IMG/VR virus record: IMGVR_UViG_3300045988_084973
Reading direction: 5' to 3' (one strand)
Origin: a virus
DNA: 41,330 bases
In this document: positions 39,328 to 41,330 of the stretch, one piece after another
How positions within the stretch are numbered: position 1 is the first letter of the stretch
How the letters are laid out: each line of letters starts with the position of its first letter
The notes under the pieces: generated by a model
The model's input: the letters and a program-made list of their open reading frames with translations, nothing else
Told to the model about the DNA's origin: nothing
Database searches by the model: none
Made by a program: the position numbers and the translations under genes

Positions 39328-40334
39328 GATTAGAGCTGTTCTCCCCCGACCTTAGCAACCGACACGAAATCACGCACGCGATCAGCAGCGAATTCAGCGA
39401 CTACTATAACGATGTGGGAAAATTTACGGTAGTTTTGCCGATGGATGAGTACAACATCGGGATAGTGGAACTGGATGCTGTTTTGTACATTGTAGAGCGA
39501 AGACTTGCGTATACGGTGGAAGAAATACAGTTCGATTGCGACAACAGCGAAATCACGTTGAACGGTTACAGCTTGAACAACAAACTGAACCGGCGTGTTA
39601 TTGCGGCAACTGCCAGCATTGCCAACGTGGAAACGGATGTATACAGCGTTATTACTGCCAACCTACGCGGGCTGCCTGTACTGCTGGCGAAGAAAAAAGG
39701 CTTGACAGAAACCGTGACGGCAACAGAGGTGTACGGGGATGAACTGTTAAACTGCATACAGCCGATTTTGACAGATGCCGAGATTGGGAACCGGATGGTT
39801 TTGGACTACAGATCCAAAACGGAAACGTTTGAATTGTATAAGGGCGTTGACCGTACAGATGGATTAAACGCGGTCCTGTTTGTGCAGGAACGCGGAACGG
39901 CGCCCGGGCTGGTAGTTGACAAGGATATTTCTGAATACAAAAATGTGTGCTACTGTGAAGCGCAGTACAAAGACGGTACAAAGTTTGTGGTGCAGGCTGG
40001 CACGGCCAGCGATGCGGAACGGCGCGAACTATGGGCGCGGTTCAGCGGAGACGCACAGCAGGATGGCGAGACAAACGCTGCGTTTCAGACGCGCGTTAAG
40101 CAGTATGCAGCGTTGCAGCTAGGCAGCCATTTGAACCGAAACGGATTTGACATTGACGCGGACGGCGATGAACTGGGCACGGCATATAATGTCGGAGATT
40201 TGGTTTGGTGCGTTTCTTTGCGGCTGGGTGTAAAGTACAAGGCAAGAATAACGGCGGCAAAGTATTCACAAGATGCAAACGGGTCGAGCGTTAAGCTGGT
40301 TATTGGCGACCCGATTTTAACAGTGTTGAGGTGA
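39324..40334 (+). CDS. Baseplate/tail-tip protein (Siphovirus Gp37-like pattern)
   Basis: MRLELFSPDL..HEITHAISSEFSDYYNDVGKFTVVLP... Confidence 0.7.
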   Translation: MRLELFSPDLSNRHEITHAISSEFSDYYNDVGKFTVVLPMDEYNIGIVELDAVLYIVERRLAYTVEEIQFDCDNSEITLNGYSLNNKLNRRVIAATASIANVETDVYSVITANLRGLPVLLAKKKGLTETVTATEVYGDELLNCIQPILTDAEIGNRMVLDYRSKTETFELYKGVDRTDGLNAVLFVQERGTAPGLVVDKDISEYKNVCYCEAQYKDGTKFVVQAGTASDAERRELWARFSGDAQQDGETNAAFQTRVKQYAALQLGSHLNRNGFDIDADGDELGTAYNVGDLVWCVSLRLGVKYKARITAAKYSQDANGSSVKLVIGDPILTVLR

Positions 40335-40338
40335 GACA

Positions 40339-41330
40339 GTGGCAGAAATTAAAAATTTTCCAAATAACGTAGACGAATACATCGGGGCACAAAATGTCAT
40401 GAAGTGGCTGCACGGGCGTACAAGCGGCGTTTTTGGCGCGGATGGCAATTTAAGTGTTACTGCAAACGGCAATATGACGGTAAGGGTATCGGATGGTGTT
40501 GGTTGGCTTGCAAACGACAAAGCAGACGGTACGGTTTTTTGGAATGATACCAAAGAACAGACCGGCAGCGAGTTACAGCTGACAATCCCGCTGGCGAATG
40601 CTGTATCGCCGCGTATTGACCGTGTTGTTGTGAGTTGGGACACAGTAGACTATGCAGCAAAACCGCGCATTGAAGTGTTGAAGGGTACGGCGGCTTCTAC
40701 ACCTGTTGCACCGGCACTGACAAACAATAGTCTGTTGCGGCAGATTTCGCTTGCACAGATTGCAATTCCTGCGGCAGCAAGCAAAATTACGTCGTCCAAT
40801 ATTACCGATGAACGACTTGACAGCACAGTATGCGGGCTTGTGACGGATTGGGTAAACGTTGATACCAAGATGATGCAAGAACAATTCGCCGCTTTTCTGA
40901 CCCAAATTAAAACTGAGCTAGATCAGCTGCATGCTGGAACGGCTACGATGATGCGAGCGACCTATGACCCGCAGGGGCGGCAGACCGATATTTTTAAGGC
41001 GATCGACAAGGTCTCCAACATCTACTACGCCAGGCTTACGCTGAACGGGTGGACGGCTTGCAGCAGCGCCGACCAGGCCAAAGGCCTGCTGTACCAGCAG
41101 ACGGCTACGCTGACCTGCGCGAACAGCCATGCGCCGGTGGTGACGGCTGCCAGCGTGTTTTTGTCCGGCATCGGCTACGACAAGACCGGGGTGCCCGCTA
41201 CCGATGATGTGCTGAATGAAGTGCAGGACATCATCAACGACGGCGTGACGGTCACGGCGTACAATTCGGTGCTGGTTAAGGTAAAAGAAAAGCCCACCGC
41301 CGAAATCCGGGCGCGGTGGGTCATTCAAAG
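40339..41330 (+). CDS. Tail fibre / receptor-binding protein (BppU-N-like N-terminus). Runs off the window end and finishes at 1..103.
   Basis: GAGGTGAGA RBS then GTG 40339. No stop codon before position 41330. Confidence 0.8.
   Translation, partial: MAEIKNFPNNVDEYIGAQNVMKWLHGRTSGVFGADGNLSVTANGNMTVRVSDGVGWLANDKADGTVFWNDTKEQTGSELQLTIPLANAVSPRIDRVVVSWDTVDYAAKPRIEVLKGTAASTPVAPALTNNSLLRQISLAQIAIPAAASKITSSNITDERLDSTVCGLVTDWVNVDTKMMQEQFAAFLTQIKTELDQLHAGTATMMRATYDPQGRQTDIFKAIDKVSNIYYARLTLNGWTACSSADQAKGLLYQQTATLTCANSHAPVVTAASVFLSGIGYDKTGVPATDDVLNEVQDIINDGVTVTAYNSVLVKVKEKPTAEIRARWVIQ
41232..41330. repeat. Second copy of the 99-bp terminal overlap
   Basis: Identical to 1..99. Confidence 0.95.

Noticed and set aside
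40918-41328. 136-aa minus-strand ORF at the window end
   Set aside because: It lies antisense to the fibre gene that reads through the circular junction. The product is Arg/His/Gly-rich low complexity.
1-41330. Diversity-generating retroelement acting on the fibre genes, a retron, or an IS/transposon
   Set aside because: No reverse transcriptase, template/variable repeat pair or transposase ORF is present anywhere in the window.

Overview
This window looks like a complete genome of a temperate, siphovirus-type phage of about 41.2 kb. The first 99 nt are identical to the last 99 nt, which I read as a circular-assembly overlap falling inside a tail-fibre gene. Gene content and signals (ERF, SSB, DnaB, RusA, PBSX-type TerL, SPP1-type portal, XkdX-like peptides, GGAGG ribosome-binding sites) suggest a Firmicutes/Clostridia-like host; that is an inference. 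Module order on the + strand: the fibre gene wraps through the overlap (40339..41330 plus 1..103), followed by a second fibre module (142..4373). Next come the lysis genes (4500..6220) and an eight-gene cassette of unknown function (6514..9794). Then attP (a tRNA 3' fragment with arm repeats) and the integrase on the minus strand (9797..11081). An AT-rich accessory island with the XRE repressor follows (11476..13043). After that: a divergent promoter/operator switch with a long terminator-containing leader (13044..13641), early HTH genes, an iteron-like repeat tract (14142..14478), and recombination/replication genes (ERF, NinB-like, HNH, SSB, DnaD-like, DnaB, RusA; 14479..22223). Many small Cys-rich early/anti-defence-type ORFs lie at 22207..25885, followed by a sigma-like late regulator (25818..26249). 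The packaging, head and tail genes run from 27731 to 40334. The most unusual feature is a roughly 1.45-kb stretch (26250..27709) between the late regulator and terS with no credible ORF. It is dense in GC-rich hairpins and contains one canonical tRNA-Thr(UGU), one tRNA-like unit with no anticodon stem, and two CCA-ending tRNA-like paralogues that differ by a compensatory base-pair change. Other points worth a second look: an in-frame TAA splitting a zinc-ribbon gene; tape-measure and portal reading frames whose conserved-looking N-termini have no canonical start codon; an iteron tract next to a protein with a RAMP-style glycine-rich loop; and the accessory cassette next to attP. No rRNA, CRISPR array, transposase or reverse transcriptase was seen. 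All family assignments come from reading motifs by eye; no database search was run.
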